A program made the translations under genes and the position numbers. This document shows positions 32,850 to 59,437 of a DNA stretch of 64,000 bases, piece by piece; the first letter of the stretch is position 1, and every line of letters begins with the position of its first letter. The notes under the pieces are model-generated. The model saw only the letters and a program-made list of their open reading frames with translations. It did no database searches and was not told where the DNA came from. The stretch lies in assembly GCF_009914755.1 (NCBI RefSeq), contig NC_060926.1; one strand, written 5' to 3'. Source of the DNA: the human T2T-CHM13v2.0 reference genome, Homo sapiens.

Positions 32850-35212
32850 AGTTCTCTGGATTTCTTGTATCAGCTGGTGGACCTCTCTAGCAAGATTGAG
32901 GACACTTTCCTGAATTATATCCTCAAAAATGTTTTCCAAGTTGCTTACATTCTCTTCTTCTCTGTTAGAAATGCCAATAAGTCAGCCAGGCACAGTGGCT
33001 CATGCCAGTAATCCCAGCACTTTGGGAGGCCAAGGTGGGAGTATCACTCGAGGCCAGAAGTTTGAGACCTACCTGGCCAGCATGGCGAAATCCCATCTCT
33101 ACTAAAAATACAAAAATTAGCCAGACATGGTGGCACATGCCTGTAATCTCAGATACTTGGGAGGTTGAGGCACGAGAATTGCTTGAACCCAGGAGGTGGA
33201 GGTTTCAGTGAGCCAAGATCATGCCACTGCACTACAGACTGGGTAACAGAGTGAGATTCTGTCTCAAAAAAAAAAAAAATGCCAATAAGTCATAGATTTT
33301 GTTCCTTTACATAATCCTATATTTCTCAAAAGTTTGGTTCATTATTTTTAAATTCTTTTTTTTATTTTTGTCTGACTGGGTTGATTCGAAGGTCTGGTCT
33401 TTGAGCTCTTAAATTATTTTTTCTATTTGGTCTAGTCTGTTGCTAAGGCTGCCAACTGTTTTTTGAAATTCCTATAGTAAATTTTTCAATTCAAGAAGCT
33501 CTGCTTTGTTCTTTCTCAATATAGCTATGTTGTCATTCAAATCCAGGATCGTTGTTATGGGGTTGTTGTTGGATTCAACTTTCTGTTGGATTTTGGTGAA
33601 TTTTTTTGCCACTTATATCTTGAATACTATACCTGTCATTTCAGACATTTCATTCTGGTTAGGACTCATTGCTAGGTTGCTGGTGTAATCCTTTGGAGGT
33701 GATGGAACATTCTGGCTTTTTGTATTGCCAGAGTTCTTGTGCTGGTTTCTTCTCATCTGAGAGACTTGATGCTTCTTTTGTTGAATTTGATATCATTTGG
33801 AAGGAGGTTTTTTTTTTTTTAATTTTTCATTCTTTCTTTCTCTTAAGTGTGTGACTGTGGTGTGTGTTGTATAGGATCAATTTGCTTCATTTCTGGGTAC
33901 TTTCAGAGGACCAAGGCTCTGTACAAGTTCCTTGGTTGCAGATAGGCTCCTGTGGTGGCTTGATGTGGTGATGTATTTTTGTTTGGTGGTGTAATTCAGG
34001 CTTCAGTGCAGTAGACAGTGCTTAAGAGTAACAGCTGGCTGCAGGGTCTTCTCCTCTGTGTACTTGTCCTCGACAGGTTCAGAAGTGACAAAGTGCCAAA
34101 AGTGCCCTGTCCCCATGTGTACTAGTCTTCAGCAGGGGCAGAGTCCTGGAGAAACCTAAGAAGCAGCCTCTTTCAGCTCACGTTCCTTGGGCCCCAACAG
34201 GGTGACCACTACTGGGTCTGCAGCAGTGCACTAGGAAGGGGACAGAGGGCAAGAGATGACCACCTCTCTAAATCTGTTCCCAGGCTTTGGTGTGCCCCTT
34301 TCAGCAGCTGATGTCATGATCGTGTTTCCTTTGACCCAAGGGGTGGGTTTGGCAAGCTGTATTCCTCCTTCCCTTAGGGCTGGTCCTCACCAAAGTTTAG
34401 GTCTCCTGGGGAATGGGGTTCACCTCCCTCCTGTTTCTTGGAGCTGATGAGGTACTCTCTCAACTGACCAAGAGAGCAGGCTGGGACACCCAGCAATGAC
34501 ACACACAGACCAGTTCCAGGTTGCAAAGCTGTTCTTGGCTGCAAGTCTCACCATCCTTGAGAAACCTCTGCTTTAGCAACTCTCTTCCCACTACAGTCCT
34601 GCAAGAGGAGAGAGCCTAATTCCAACACCTACTGCTGGGGCACTTTCCACACTCAACACTCAATTCTGGCTGTGGAGGCTGCTCCCCTGCTCCAGAGCAA
34701 GCACTTCAATTCCTAGCCCAAGATTAAAGTGTCTGCAGTGGCCACCATTGCCAGGCACCAAAGAATGATTGACTTTGTATGAGCCCAGATTAAAAATGGC
34801 ATCCTTCGCTCAGTCCCAGGTCTGGGGAAATGCCTGCAGCTTTTCTGAGTGTCTTTCCTCTTTCCCCATCTCTCAGCCACTTTTGTGCTAGCTCTAAGCA
34901 CATAAGTGCTTTCTTGGGAGAAACAGTGCTCTCCCTTAATCTGGGTTGCACAGATCCCCAGTGGAAAGGTGAGTCGCAGAGGGAGACTGGATGCTCTTCT
35001 CTCGTACTGGAGTTTCATTCCCTTTTATGAACCAAATGCTATCACAGAGGCTGCTTTCCCACCTCCCCCTCCACAGGGTCTGGAGTGTTCTTCTCTATTC
35101 CTGTGAATTCCTATTTTTCTTCTTGAATTGAAGCTCACAAAGTTTATCTTTATGCTTATTTTTCTACTTCCAAGTGGCTGAGGCACACTGAAAGCCCCTA
35201 ATCCATCATTCT
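32850..35212 (-). mobile_element. Old L1 5'UTR/ORF1 region, interrupted by an Alu (32984-33279)
   Basis: T-rich antisense L1 ORF1 pattern (tttccaagttgcttacattctc, acataatcctatatttctc). The Alu is flanked by the TSD aaatgccaataagtca. Confidence 0.7.
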
Positions 35213-35604
35213 AGGAAAAAAAGGATGGTTTAAATAAAGGAATGTTCATATAAAATATATATTAATTAACCCAAACATATTTTGTTTGACATGAGTTAGG
35301 TGAATCTTTGATACATTAATTAATTTTAAAATTGTTAAATAAAATTAGAAATATCTTCGAATTTGCCAAGGTATGTTTCCCTCCTGGGATTACTGGTCAG
35401 TTTTATTTTTTCCTCGGATAGATGTTTTAAGCCATAAATCTTGACATAGACCTGATGTAGACCTCCATACCTTTCCCAGATGTGGGACGGAGCAACTGGG
35501 ACAGGTCCATCCTAGCACTAAGGGATGATTAAGCCTAACTTGTAGTCGTTGTACAACTATAGACATGGTTGATGCTTTAAGAGAAAGATCTTGATGGAAA
35601 GGGG

Positions 35605-36073
35605 TAAATGTAAAAATTGATCATATGAATTGGGTCATTCTTGTCACACCAAATAAAACCATCAAGAAGCCAGGGGGAGGAGGCATTCAGGGCAAAAACA
35701 CCACTCCAAAAACGTAATTCTCTGCATGCCTGGCTGCTGAAATTACCTGCTTTAAGCTGAAACCAGTTTTATCGAATGGTTACTGAAACAACCTCTTGCA
35801 ACACTAAGACTAGTTTTACCCACCACTGTCCCTCACCTATCAGAGCCTGCCAGCTCTCAAAAACCTTACTGGTGCCAGTGAACTTTCTCAAAGAGAAATA
35901 CACACCATTTTTCTCTCTGTCTCCCTCTTTATAAAACCTCTAACTTTCTCTTTATGTTTTGGACACACTAAAGACACCCATTCTTCATGTATGTGTCAAA
36001 TTGTAATACTTGTATCTCAAATAAAACATTTTAATTTCAGATGTTTGTCTCTATATTTATTTGACTTTGACAA
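35605..36073 (+). mobile_element. ERV1-class LTR
   Basis: Purine tract ggaaaggggtaaa then tgta...; aataaa at ~36020; end ttgactttgaca. Confidence 0.55.
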
Positions 36074-36317
36074 TCTGATATTATTTAGCATTATTTCCAG
36101 TCCCCCAAATAATGTCAAAATTTTGTTATGTTAGATAGGAATATCTTGTTATTCAACTTGAAGGTAAACTGCTTGATCAATGCATGTAATTCCTTGACAG
36201 ATCATCAGCACCTCTAAGACAACATGTAGATATTGCTCATTATTAACTCATTTCATCTTTTCATGATAAATTACATAAATCTAATTTTCGTTTTTAAAAT
36301 GCAAACCATTATGCCTC

Positions 36318-39475
<3,158 letters not shown>

Positions 39476-40356
39476 ATGCCTCATGTTGTGACTTGGTATA
39501 ATTTCCATAAGATTACACTGACTTTACACACCATATTGCAGTTTTTGCTAGCTCTCCTGTAATAAGAAAATGGGATTCATCAGCAATGCCTTCTAAGTCT
39601 GGCTCTGTTTTCCCATGCAGACTTTTCCCTGAGCTCTGCTTGTAAGTCTTGCTAGAACCTCACCCTAGGCAGCAACCCCCAGTCTGAGACTGCCCTTGAC
39701 AGTGGCTGAGGTTTGCATTGTTGGGATTAGAAAAAACAAAGGGAAGATAGACCAAAACAGATTTAAATACAGATCCCATTCGTTGAAGTTTTAAGTAATT
39801 TTAAATGTTTATTTTCACCAGCTGCCCACTCCCTTTGTACTCTCCTCACCCAAAAAAGCTGACTTGATATTCTAGTAAAAAGCCGAACTGTGCTTTAGAG
39901 AAACCCACTTGTTACTTCTTTAAATCCATATAATTTTGCCAAAGTGAATTTTTCTTAATATGCTCTGGCAGGATCAGAAAACTAATTATTTACACTAGAG
40001 TCACTTAACCTTTCCTCTTGGTCATTTGCATGTAAATTATTTTTATATGTATAAAATTTGCTTACTCATGAAAGCTCTTAACTATGCATATTTTTTGTTT
40101 TTGTGGTATCTTAACATATTCTAGTCTTGTCTTGAATTCCTTAAGACTTTGGGGTAAAGAACTCTATTGCAACAAGTTTCCACATCAAAGTGGGAAAGAG
40201 GAAGATTAGGTTAAGCATTAGGTCGTCAGGTATGTAGGACAGCTAATACCATTATCAGAATGGTAGTGATAGCCAGTTTGCATTCTGCATATTAGTTGTA
40301 ACAAAAATATTCAGCATTTTAGTGACAAAACCAAAGTTGTTGTGAATCAGTTTGTA

Positions 40357-40645
40357 CTTTATTTTTTGAGATAGGGTCTTACTCTGTCACCCAAGCTCAA
40401 GTGCAGAGGTGTGATCTTGGCTCACTGCAGCCTCAACCACCTAGGCTCAAGAGATCCTCCCAGCCCAGCCTCCTTAGTAGAGGTGAGTGCCACCACACCC
40501 AGCTATTTTTTCTCTAGTTTTTGTAGAGATTGGGTCTCACTTTGTTGCCCAGGCTGTTCTCAAACTCCTGGGCTCAAGCAATCCTTCTGCCTCAACCTCC
40601 CAAATGGTGCTGGGGTTACAGGTTTGAGCCACCGCACCTGGCCAG
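40357..40645 (-). mobile_element. AluJ-like
   Basis: gagatagggtcttactctgtcacc...gagccaccgcacctggcc. Confidence 0.85.
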
Positions 40646-41445
40646 TTTATAATGTTAATGGCTTTTGGAGCAGGAACCAGTGGGTGCTGCTTCTTGTCTG
40701 CAAGATGAGGAGCCTCCTCTCCCCAGAAGTGAGGCATCTTCTACCACAAGGGAGGCTTTGCCCAAACAGTCACCGAAAGGCTGAGATTGGGGAGAGAACA
40801 AAACAGGAGTGAATATTTCCCTGGAAACTAGCTGCTCCCCAATTCAATTCTACTGCAGACATTCAGAATGAAGGGGACATTCAGCTGAGGAACAGGAGTG
40901 CACTGGCTGTTAAAATCTCAGGTTGTAACAACAATTTTGCTTCATTTTCCCTAAATAATTTTTAAACAATTGTTCTTAGGTGGTTTTCTAAACTTCGGGT
41001 AATATCTGTGAATTAGTAAATGTTCTTTAAAAGATTAGATAATATTTTTATTTTGTTTAATTATATGTGTTTTTAAACTAATTTTGTGGGAAAAATAATT
41101 TCTTTCCTTCCCTGTTATACCAAATACAGCCTTTAGCTCAAGACATAAGTAATTCCAGGAAAACTGGAATTTAAGTTCAATATGTTACACTAAGTACATT
41201 TGAAAGTTCATGCATTTTTATTTTAATTTAAAAAATAAATTTGCTTTATGCCTAGAAAAATCAGCAGACCAGACCTCCCTGGATACGCCTTCTGCTGCAC
41301 TCATCCTCTTGAATGCCCAGCTCCAGGGAGGTCCATCCCCAGGCCTGATGGCTGTCCCCATCTCTTCATCTCTGGTAACGTTTTGGCTTGATTTGCAGCT
41401 CATACAGGGAAGGCTTTGTAGCCCTGGGAAATTTCTACTAAACAG

Positions 41446-42640
41446 AGAAGTGGTTTTGTGAAGGTCAAGTTTTTTCAGCTGTGGTGATGGAAAAACCAAA
41501 TTCTGCCAAAGTATTTAGATAGCTTTATTCTAAGCCAATGCGAGTGACCATGGCCTAGGGTTACACAGTCTTAAGAGCTCCTGGGAGAGTGAGCCCAAGG
41601 TGGTCAGCTTACAGTTTGATTTTGTACATTTCATGGAGACAAATTGCAAATTAAGTTGTAAATCAATAAGTGGAAGGTATACATTGGTTCATCCTGAAAA
41701 GGCAAGACATCTCAACGAGGGGTCTTACAAGTCATAGGTGAGTTTTAGGAATTCTTTAGTTGTCAGTTGGTCAAGAGAGTTAAACCACTGTGTAAAGACA
41801 TGAAGTCAGTAGAAAGGAATACTTGAGTTAAGATAAGGGGGTCTGCCATCTGTTATGTGATGCTGTCACAGGGTCAGGTTGGAAAATAAGCCACATTATA
41901 CCAGGTTAATTGAAAAAAAAATCATGAGATTTTATGGCTTGTAGAGTGTGAATCTCCAGGCCCCTTAGACAGGATTTTTGGCAAGAGAATAAAAGGTCAG
42001 AGTTGAGGCCTCAGTCCCCACTATTGGCCAAAGATCATTTTATGGAATGTATGTGAAGGCCAACAACCAACAGGAAGTCCCACAATGCTAGGAAGTCTCA
42101 TTCCCAGGGTTGTTTATTTGGTCATCTGTCATTGGTGATGATAGTTTCAATATTAGTGAGTTCAGATCATAGAAGAAGGACACAATCTGACGTGATTTAA
42201 TAGCCAATTGTTTAAGTGGTGAGAGGGAGTAAGGCCCAGGGTTCAATCTGAAAAGCCATCCTGGATCAGATCTATCCTACAATTTATGACGATCTGGGTC
42301 TTTGATTGCATCTTTTTCTTTTCCTGCAATAGGCATGGCATTGACAGGAGACATATAATGATAAAATAGCAATACATGTATAAAAATAGTGAAGATTGGG
42401 CATACAAGAAAGTTATAGATAGAATCAGAGGACAGTAAACAACACAACCAGCTAAAAAAGTCCCCACATGCATCATCATATTCTTTAATGGAACTTACAA
42501 CATGCATAGCTTCCTTGTCAATAGACTTTTGAAGTTTACGATCAATCTTATTTGAGGATTGTAGGACCAACAACCAAATCAGAGTGCAGTAAATTTAATT
42601 TCTCTTCTGGCCAACTGGTCTCAATAAGGATAACATCCTG
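41446..42640 (-). mobile_element. ERV1 (MER4-group) LTR ~41446-42013 plus internal fragment
   Basis: tttattctaagccaa...cccaaggtggtcagcttacagtttgattttgtacattt...ggtatacattggttc; reverse purine-tract-like gtcccc after the LTR. Confidence 0.7.
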
Positions 42641-42712
42641 CGGGGGTGTAATAGGCCATCCTTGCCCTGCTATAAAGAAACTCCATGAGATTGGGTAATG
42701 TATAAGAACAGA

Positions 42713-42825
42713 GGCTGTAATCCCAGCACTTCGGGAGGCCGAAGCAGGCGAATCATGAGGTCAGGAGTTCAAGACTAGCCTGGCTAACATGGTGAAACCC
42801 CATCGCTATTAAAAATACAAATATT
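42713..42825 (+). mobile_element. Alu left-monomer fragment at the inner duplication breakpoint
   Basis: ctgtaatcccagcacttcgggaggccg...aaaaatacaaa runs directly into the TA microsatellite. Confidence 0.85.
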
Positions 42826-42829
42826 AAAA

Positions 42830-52562
<9,733 letters not shown>

Positions 52563-52829
52563 GCAACCCCTCACACATGTGTCTTCCTGAAGGCGTGGGT
52601 GTTGGGACCGCTGGCACAGAAGTCACAGCTTAGCTACATGTGTGTCCCAGACTTGCTTAATCAATGGAGCAGTGAACCCGCTGCTTCTGGGGTACAGTCT
52701 CCTCCATTTCATGGGTCAGGTAGACAGGCTGCGTCCTCTTCACCCCCAGGTGTGCGCACACACAGTCATCTCCACCTGCAATCCAGTGCCAGCTGAAGCT
52801 GCACGCTCTGCAACAGAGGCCTGTGCACG

Positions 52830-53700
52830 ACCTCGCTGCGCACACAGCAGGGGCTGCCCTCGGTCCCTCCCTCTCCCCTAAAGTCCCTGCCTCCCAGCCC
52901 CACGACCCACAGGAGGAGCCAGTCCCCTAGCCCACGGAGCCACGGTGGGTGCGGCCTGGGGACTTGGCATGGCAAGCTGGCCCATAGGGTCGTCCCTAGC
53001 ACCTACCAGAGCGCGTACGAGGGAGCCGAGGCTGCAGCGCCGGGTGGGCAGCGAGCTCCCTGGAGACCCATGCAGCGGGTCAGGTGCCAGCTGCCGCCAG
53101 GTCTGTGCGCGGGGCCGGGCCACCAGCGTGCGGCTTCCCGCTCTGGAGAGTTTATGGCCCCTGTCCTCGGACGGCTCCGCAGCCGCCAGGGAGGGACTGG
53201 AGGGACCGCGGCTGAGACAGGCTGCTGCACCAGGCGGCCCTGGACCGCCGCTTCCGCCCCTAAGCCGCCCTCCCAGCCCAGGTGACAGGTCGCCCTACCC
53301 AGGGAGCATCGCCCTCCTCCGCCGGGGGGCCCGAGCCCGGCGTGGGGGTTGCAGGCCGGCGCCACAGCCTGAGGACACCGCGACCTCTGCCCCCGGGAGC
53401 GCGCCGAATGCGGGGTGGGGCTGCTGTCGCAGGCCGTGGAGCCGCAGCCCCGCTGGAGGGCAGGGTCCGGCTGGGCGTCGGGGTCCTGGCAGAGACAGCG
53501 GTGAGAGCAGGAGCAGGTGCACTGGCAGCTGCAGACGCGCCGCCAGGCTCCCGGACACCGCGGGCGCGCCCCCTGGTGGCAGCCGGCTCCGGAGCCGCGG
53601 GAGGGCGGTGCCCAGTCCCCAGCCGGCGGCAGCGCGAAGCGCCTTCCCCGCTTGGGGGAGCGGGCGTGGACCTGCAGCTGGAGTGCCTTACTAGTGAAAA
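52830..53700. promoter_or_regulatory. CpG island, candidate promoter for the minus-strand C2orf27B-like transcript
   Basis: Very GC-rich with dense CpG, immediately upstream (minus strand) of the ATG exon. Confidence 0.7.
53566..53580 (-). promoter_or_regulatory. Consensus CTCF motif GCCACCAGGGGGCGC
   Basis: The plus strand reads gcgccccctggtggc, matching the canonical CTCF core. Confidence 0.65.
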
Positions 53701-54228
53701 AGCTGGGGTTGGAGCTGCCACGGGGGGAGGTGTGGGGGCCTAGGGGGCTCTGCCTGGACCTTCTGGGTGTCCTCCTGCGACCTCAGGTTCCTCACCTGTC
53801 TCAGAGGACTGATGGGCTGCTGTGGCAGGGTTGTTTGGAGGATTAAGCCAGATAGTCCCAGTAAAGCCCCATTAGCGCCCCCTGGCCTCTGGATTATTAT
53901 TTTTTTATTATTTTTCTGGCTTTCTTAGGAAACTTTCCGGAATGTGTCCAGGTGTTGAAGCGGGAAGGCTGGACACCCTCCCGTGGCGTTGCCGTTCCTT
54001 CCAGACGCCCCCTCTTCTTAGGCTGTTTTCAAGGGCACGCCCGGCAACATGTGCTCTACCCAAGAGCGCTTCACAGATCTTCCTGTGGGTCTAAAACCAG
54101 AACGCTTTCTTCCCCGACCCCTGCTCCCATATCACCCCAACCTCAAGTCTTTTGGCACAGCCGGCTACAGACTCGAGTGTCAGTTTAATGCTTGTTCCCT
54201 AAGGTCTCCCCAGGGCTGTTAGGACGGC

Positions 54229-54884
54229 GTTAGGGTTAGGATTCGGGTTCGGGTGCGCCTCTCCGCGCCTGCGCCGGCGCTGGGGGGCCTTTGCGAGGGC
54301 GGAGCTGCGTTCTCCTCAGCACAGACTTTGGAGATACAGTGAAGGCGGAGCAATGTTCTTCTCAGCACAGACCTGGGCGGGTCGGGGGCACCGCGAGGGC
54401 GGAGCTGCGTTCTGCTCAGCACAGACTCCGGGGACACCGCGAAGGCAGAGCAGGGTTCTCCTCAGCACAGACCTTGGGGGGCACTGTCTCGCTTTGGGAC
54501 AACTCGGGGCCGCATCGACGGTGAATAAAATCCTTCCTGTTTGCAGCCCTGAATAATCAGGGTCAGAGACCAGTTAGAAGGGTTCAGTGTGGAAAACGGG
54601 AAACCAAAAGCCCCTCTGAATCCTGCCCACCGAAGTTCTCCCCAGCCAAGGCGAGGCGGCCGCAGTGCGAGATACACACCGCAGCCTAGGAAGACAAATG
54701 CAGCATTCCTAATGCAGACATGACACCCCCATTGCTCATGTAACAAGCACCTGTAATGCTAATGCACTGCCTCAATACAAAAATATTAATATAAGATCCG
54801 CAATCCCCTCGCTGCCGTGCAGTCCTAAGACAGCGATCATAATAATCAACATTGACATAGTCAATACAAACGTAGTAACGAACC
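54229..54884 (+). repeat. TAR1 telomere-associated repeat with 29-bp-like and 37-bp-like units
   Basis: cctctccgcgcctgcgccggcgc, followed by four gcggagctgcgttctcctcagcacagac-type units and gtgaataaaatccttcctgtttgcagccctgaataatcagg. Confidence 0.85.
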
Positions 54885-55146
54885 TAGGGTTAAGGTTGGT
54901 GTTAGGGTTAGGGGTTAAGTTTAGGGTTAGGGGTTGGAGATAGGGGTTGGGGTCAGAGTTAGGGGTTAGGAGTCAACGTTTAGAGTTTGGGGTTAAGAGA
55001 GGTTAGGGGTTAGGGATTAGGGGTTAGGGTTGGGTTAGGGTGAGGGTTGGGGTTAGGGTTAGCAGTTAGGGTTAAGGGTTAGGGGTTAGGGTCAGGGGTT
55101 AGGGGTCAGGGTCAGTGGTTAGGGGTCGGGGTCAGGGTCAGGGGTC
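54885..55146 (+). repeat. Degenerate interstitial telomeric repeat (TTAGGG/TTAGGGG/TTGGGG/TCAGGG)
   Basis: ~260 bp of G-strand telomere variants directly distal to TAR1. Confidence 0.92.
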
Positions 55147-55585
55147 CCACTCTGTGGGTTGCCTATTTACTCTGCTGACTGTTCCCTTTGCAATGCAAAA
55201 GCTCGCTCTTTAGTTTAAATGAGTCCCAGCTATTTATCTTTGTTTTTATTGCATTTGCATTTGGGTTCTTGGTCATGAAATCCTTGCCTATGCCAATGTC
55301 TAGAAGGGTTTATCCAGTGTTATATTCTAGAATTTTTATAGTTCAGGAATTAGGTTTAAGTTCTTAATCCATCTTGAGTAGATTTTTGTATAAGGTGAGA
55401 GATGAGAATCCAGTTTTATTCCCCTACATGTGGCTCGCCAATTATCCCAACATCGTGTGTTGAAAAGGGTGCCCTTTCCCCACTTTATGTTTTTGTTTAC
55501 TTTGTCGAAGATCAGTTGGCTGTAAGTATTTGGGTTAATTTCTGGGTTCTCTCTTCTGTTCCATTGGTCTATGTGCCTAATTTTA
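55147..55585 (-). mobile_element. L1 ORF2 fragment
   Basis: ttggtcatgaaatccttgcctatgccaatgtc...tttgtcgaagatcagttggctgtaagtatttgggttaatttctggg. Confidence 0.85.
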
Positions 55586-56949
55586 AACCTGCGGACAGGA
55601 GGGTCCTATGGAAGTCTAGCCACCCCTCCCAGGTTGGTGCTCACAGCCCCTCCCTGGCCCACTCCCTCTACACCTGAACCTGCTGGTCTCTGGGAGAGGA
55701 GCATCCATCCATCTTGTGCGCATAGCTTTCTGCTCCATTTTCATGAGTTTGGTCTCCTTGGCAGAAATGACCATTAGGTGATCCTGAGCCTGTGCTGGCT
55801 GTTCTCTAAGTGCCAAAGTCAGTGAGAGGGACTTGAAAACTCAAGAATTATTAACATTATTTTCTGCATTTTATGCTTTCGGGGTTGTTTTTTCCTTAAA
55901 ATGTGTAAAAACAAATATTGAGATTTCTATCTTTTATATAATTTGGATTCTGTCATCACATGGACTTTTCATTTTCCTGAAATTTATTTTTATGTATGTA
56001 TATCAAACATTGAATTTCTCTTTTCTTCTTTACTGGAATTGTTAACTGTCTTAGAGGCCAAATCTTTTTTTAAAAAATCTCTCTAATCTCTGTAAACATT
56101 TCTAATTACATATATATTTTCTATACCTAATACACTACTTTGGAATTCCTTGTGGCCTAATTGCATCGGGGTGCTCTGGTTTTGTTGTTGTTATTTCTGA
56201 ATTACATTGACTTTGGTGCTCTTTATTTTGCATATTTAAAACTATTAGATAGTGTGATTATATTTGACAGGTCTTAATTGATGCGCTGTTCAGCGCTGTG
56301 AGTTCGGTTGAGATTTGGGTTGGAGAATTTTCTTCCACAGGGGATTGTCTTGGATTTTTCTGTTTCTCCCTCAATATCCACCTGGAAAACATTTCAATTA
56401 ATTTATATTCACTTAAATATTTCTGTGCAAAAACTGTGTACAAAAGCCCCAAAGTATAATTTGGGCAGTTGAGCAGATATTCTGTTGTCCAGCATTTATG
56501 GTGGTTTGTAGTGGAAAAGACTTTTTGAATATGTGAATTTTCAGGATATTACCAGAAGCCCAGAGAGCCACACTTTACCTTTGGAGGAATTAATTCTCAG
56601 AATATTGCACACAATCAATTGCCTTTGGAAGGAGCACATATCCCCAGCAAAAGCTCTGGTTTTTTGAAGTCTGTATTGTGTGTTATTTCCAGGAGAATAC
56701 GCAATGATGAAAATGTTATTAAATGATTCAAATATGAAATGCTGTTATGCCAAACAATGAATCTTTGTGTTATACATTATGCCGAACTATAAATCTTTAT
56801 GTTATACATTCTAATGTCATTGGAGAATACTCCTGTCTTCTTGGCATTATTGATAATTAGATTCTAATTGCTAATAAGTCAGAAAAATTAGGAACATCAA
56901 ATTTCAGTCTTCTCAAAAGCACTCCTGTTATTAAATTTGGATTTTTACC

Positions 56950-57890
56950 TTTATCACATCAAAGGAAATATTGTTAGAAAGGTGTTTAATGTTTTCCAGA
57001 TGGATAGATTACTGTTATTAGTTCTTATTTCATTGTTAATTTTTAAAACCATAAAGTTGGAAGTATCAATATGCCTTTCAATATACCCTAGTGGAATTTA
57101 TTAAATTTTCATGGATGTCCTTTAGGAGGTTCAGGAAGTTATTTCTATTGCTAGATTTCTGGAAGACTCATCAGGAATGAGTGTCAGACATTGTCAGATG
57201 TCCATTGAAATCCTCATGGTCTTTTCCTTTATTCTATTAATATGGTGTATTACACTGATTGATTTTTAAATTTGTATTTGTAGGGTAATTCCACTTGGTT
57301 AATTGTCTAACTTTTTTCTAATTTTCTTTAATTTTTATTAGTGGTGAGGCCTCACTCTGTCCCCCAGGTTGGGGTGGAGTGGCACAGTCACAGCTAACTA
57401 TAACTTCAAACTCCTGGGCTCAAGTGTTCCTGCCACCTCAGCCTCCTAAGTAGCTGGGACTACAGGTGTGCACCGCCATGCCAGGCTTGTCTAACATTTT
57501 TATGTGTTGCTTCCTCCAGTTTGCTAGAGTTTTTGGAGATTTCTGCCTTCATTCATGAGGGATTTATTTTATTTTTATTTATTTATTTTCTTGTGATGCT
57601 TTTGTCTGATTTGTTATCTGGGTAATTCTGGCCTCAAAAATGAATTGATGTTTTCCTGCTTCTCTGCTTTGCAAGTGTTTGTGAAGGATTGGTTATTCGT
57701 TAAGTGTTTAATAGAATTCACTAGTGAAGCTATGTGAGCCTGGGCTAGACTGATGAAGAGTTCTTATTAGTCTAATCTATTTACTTGCTGTATGAGTACA
57801 CATATATTCTCTTTCTTCTTGGTTTACTTTTACAATTTGTGTATAGCAGGGAATTTGTTTCTAATTTGTAGTATTTCATGCTTCTAGGTT
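56950..57890 (-). mobile_element. Old L1M fragments with an Alu monomer (FLAM/AluJ, ~57325-57488)
   Basis: Antisense L1-like tggtgtattacactgattgattttt and tagaattcactagtgaagctatgtgagcctgg; Alu ctcctgggctcaagtg. Confidence 0.6.
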
Positions 57891-59437
57891 TTCATGGCAG
57901 CTGAGATGTAAGAATAAAAGTAATGTTGGGAGAAGGAAGCTGTAGACAATCCGTGAATATCCCAACATCTGTTGTAGGAAGGTTAAGATTATTATTTTTT
58001 TTTTTGCTGTACTTAACTGAATACTCATATTTATAGTGTGAGACAAATGTAATGTTGCATATAAATAGAACTAGGAAAATGTGCTATTTGTCTTAATATT
58101 TAATCAAGATGGAAGTCTGGGCCCACCTCCTCTGTTTTATTAATATGTAGACAGGACACCAACACACATTTGAATGAGGACAAACAAAATGTTAGCAAAT
58201 GAAGAATGGTATTAATTGGTTAAAATGCGATGAAATAGAGTGGTGAATATTTACATAGAATCCATGATGTGTTAGGTGCTATTTCAAGCTATTTGCACAT
58301 ATAGTTTTCATACCAATGACATTAAAATGTATAGCACAAAGATTCATATACATAAAAATTACAACATTGAAAATAATATTAGGTGACACTAAAACTGTCA
58401 TAGCAATACACATTTATATAAAACATAAAGTAACATCAAGTATTAAATAAATTTTAGAAACTTTGATTACTAATCAGATGAACAAGTGATTAGCCTTTTT
58501 ATCCAGTAAACAAAGCATACATATTATTTTCAAATTCCAGAGACAAATATTTTAAATATTGAAGTTTAAGACCTAAAAATGTGTCACTGACTTCATGGAA
58601 GTAGATATTCACTAGGTGATATTTTCTAGGCTCTCTGAAATTACATCAGAAAAATGTGAATATAACCCATAAATAATATCTGGCCACATACAAAGTAATT
58701 GAAGATCAATTTAAATAGCTATTGGATTAAGAAATAGAGACTGAGGTAAATTTACAGGGTCAGGGAGGATCTAAGGAGGAAGCATTGGCACTGGAGCCCA
58801 AGGACCTGGGATTACAGAACAGATTCTACCAGTGCTAACTTACTGCTCCAGAGAAAACATCAATTCTGCTCATGTGCAGGTACTATTCATCAAGAAAGGG
58901 ATTACAACTTCAGAAATGTTTTCAAAATGTATCCATACTTTGACGTATTCATGAAGTAATCACATTCTACACACAACTACTCCATATGGAATATTGGGGA
59001 GGGGGTGTCCCAAATAAAGAGACTGAGGATTTCTCATGAGAACTCAGTGTCTGCTAGAAAATATCTAAGTAAAATATTTTACTTATGTGGAAAGTGTGGA
59101 TGTTTGTGCATCAAAAGTTTCAAGAATCCCTAAAATGTACAATGGAGATGAGGAGAAAATATCAGAATTTCCCAGCACCAGAAATGAGGCAAGAAAAAAT
59201 TCAGAGGAGTTATAAATGTGAAAAGCCAATGGCTGGTCACACAGCAACATTGATAACCTTGCACCAGGACAACTAGAATAAATACATAAACATACAGATT
59301 GAAAATATTTCCAATACTAGATCTCTCTCATGTGAGAACTAAATTATAAAGATTGAAGCATATAAGAAAAAAAGCTACCAGAATAAATTCGATTACACAT
59401 AAATTTCTGATATTGAAATTGTCACAAATGTTTAAGT

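Noticed and set aside
52945-53846. 249-aa and other ORFs in the CpG island
   Set aside because: Overlapping low-complexity Arg/Pro/Gly/Ala ORFs on both strands are expected in very GC-rich DNA; no domain is recognisable.
54885-55146. Chromosome 2 ancestral telomere fusion site
   Set aside because: Only G-strand repeats are present; there is no head-to-head switch to (CCCTAA)n and no mirrored TAR1.
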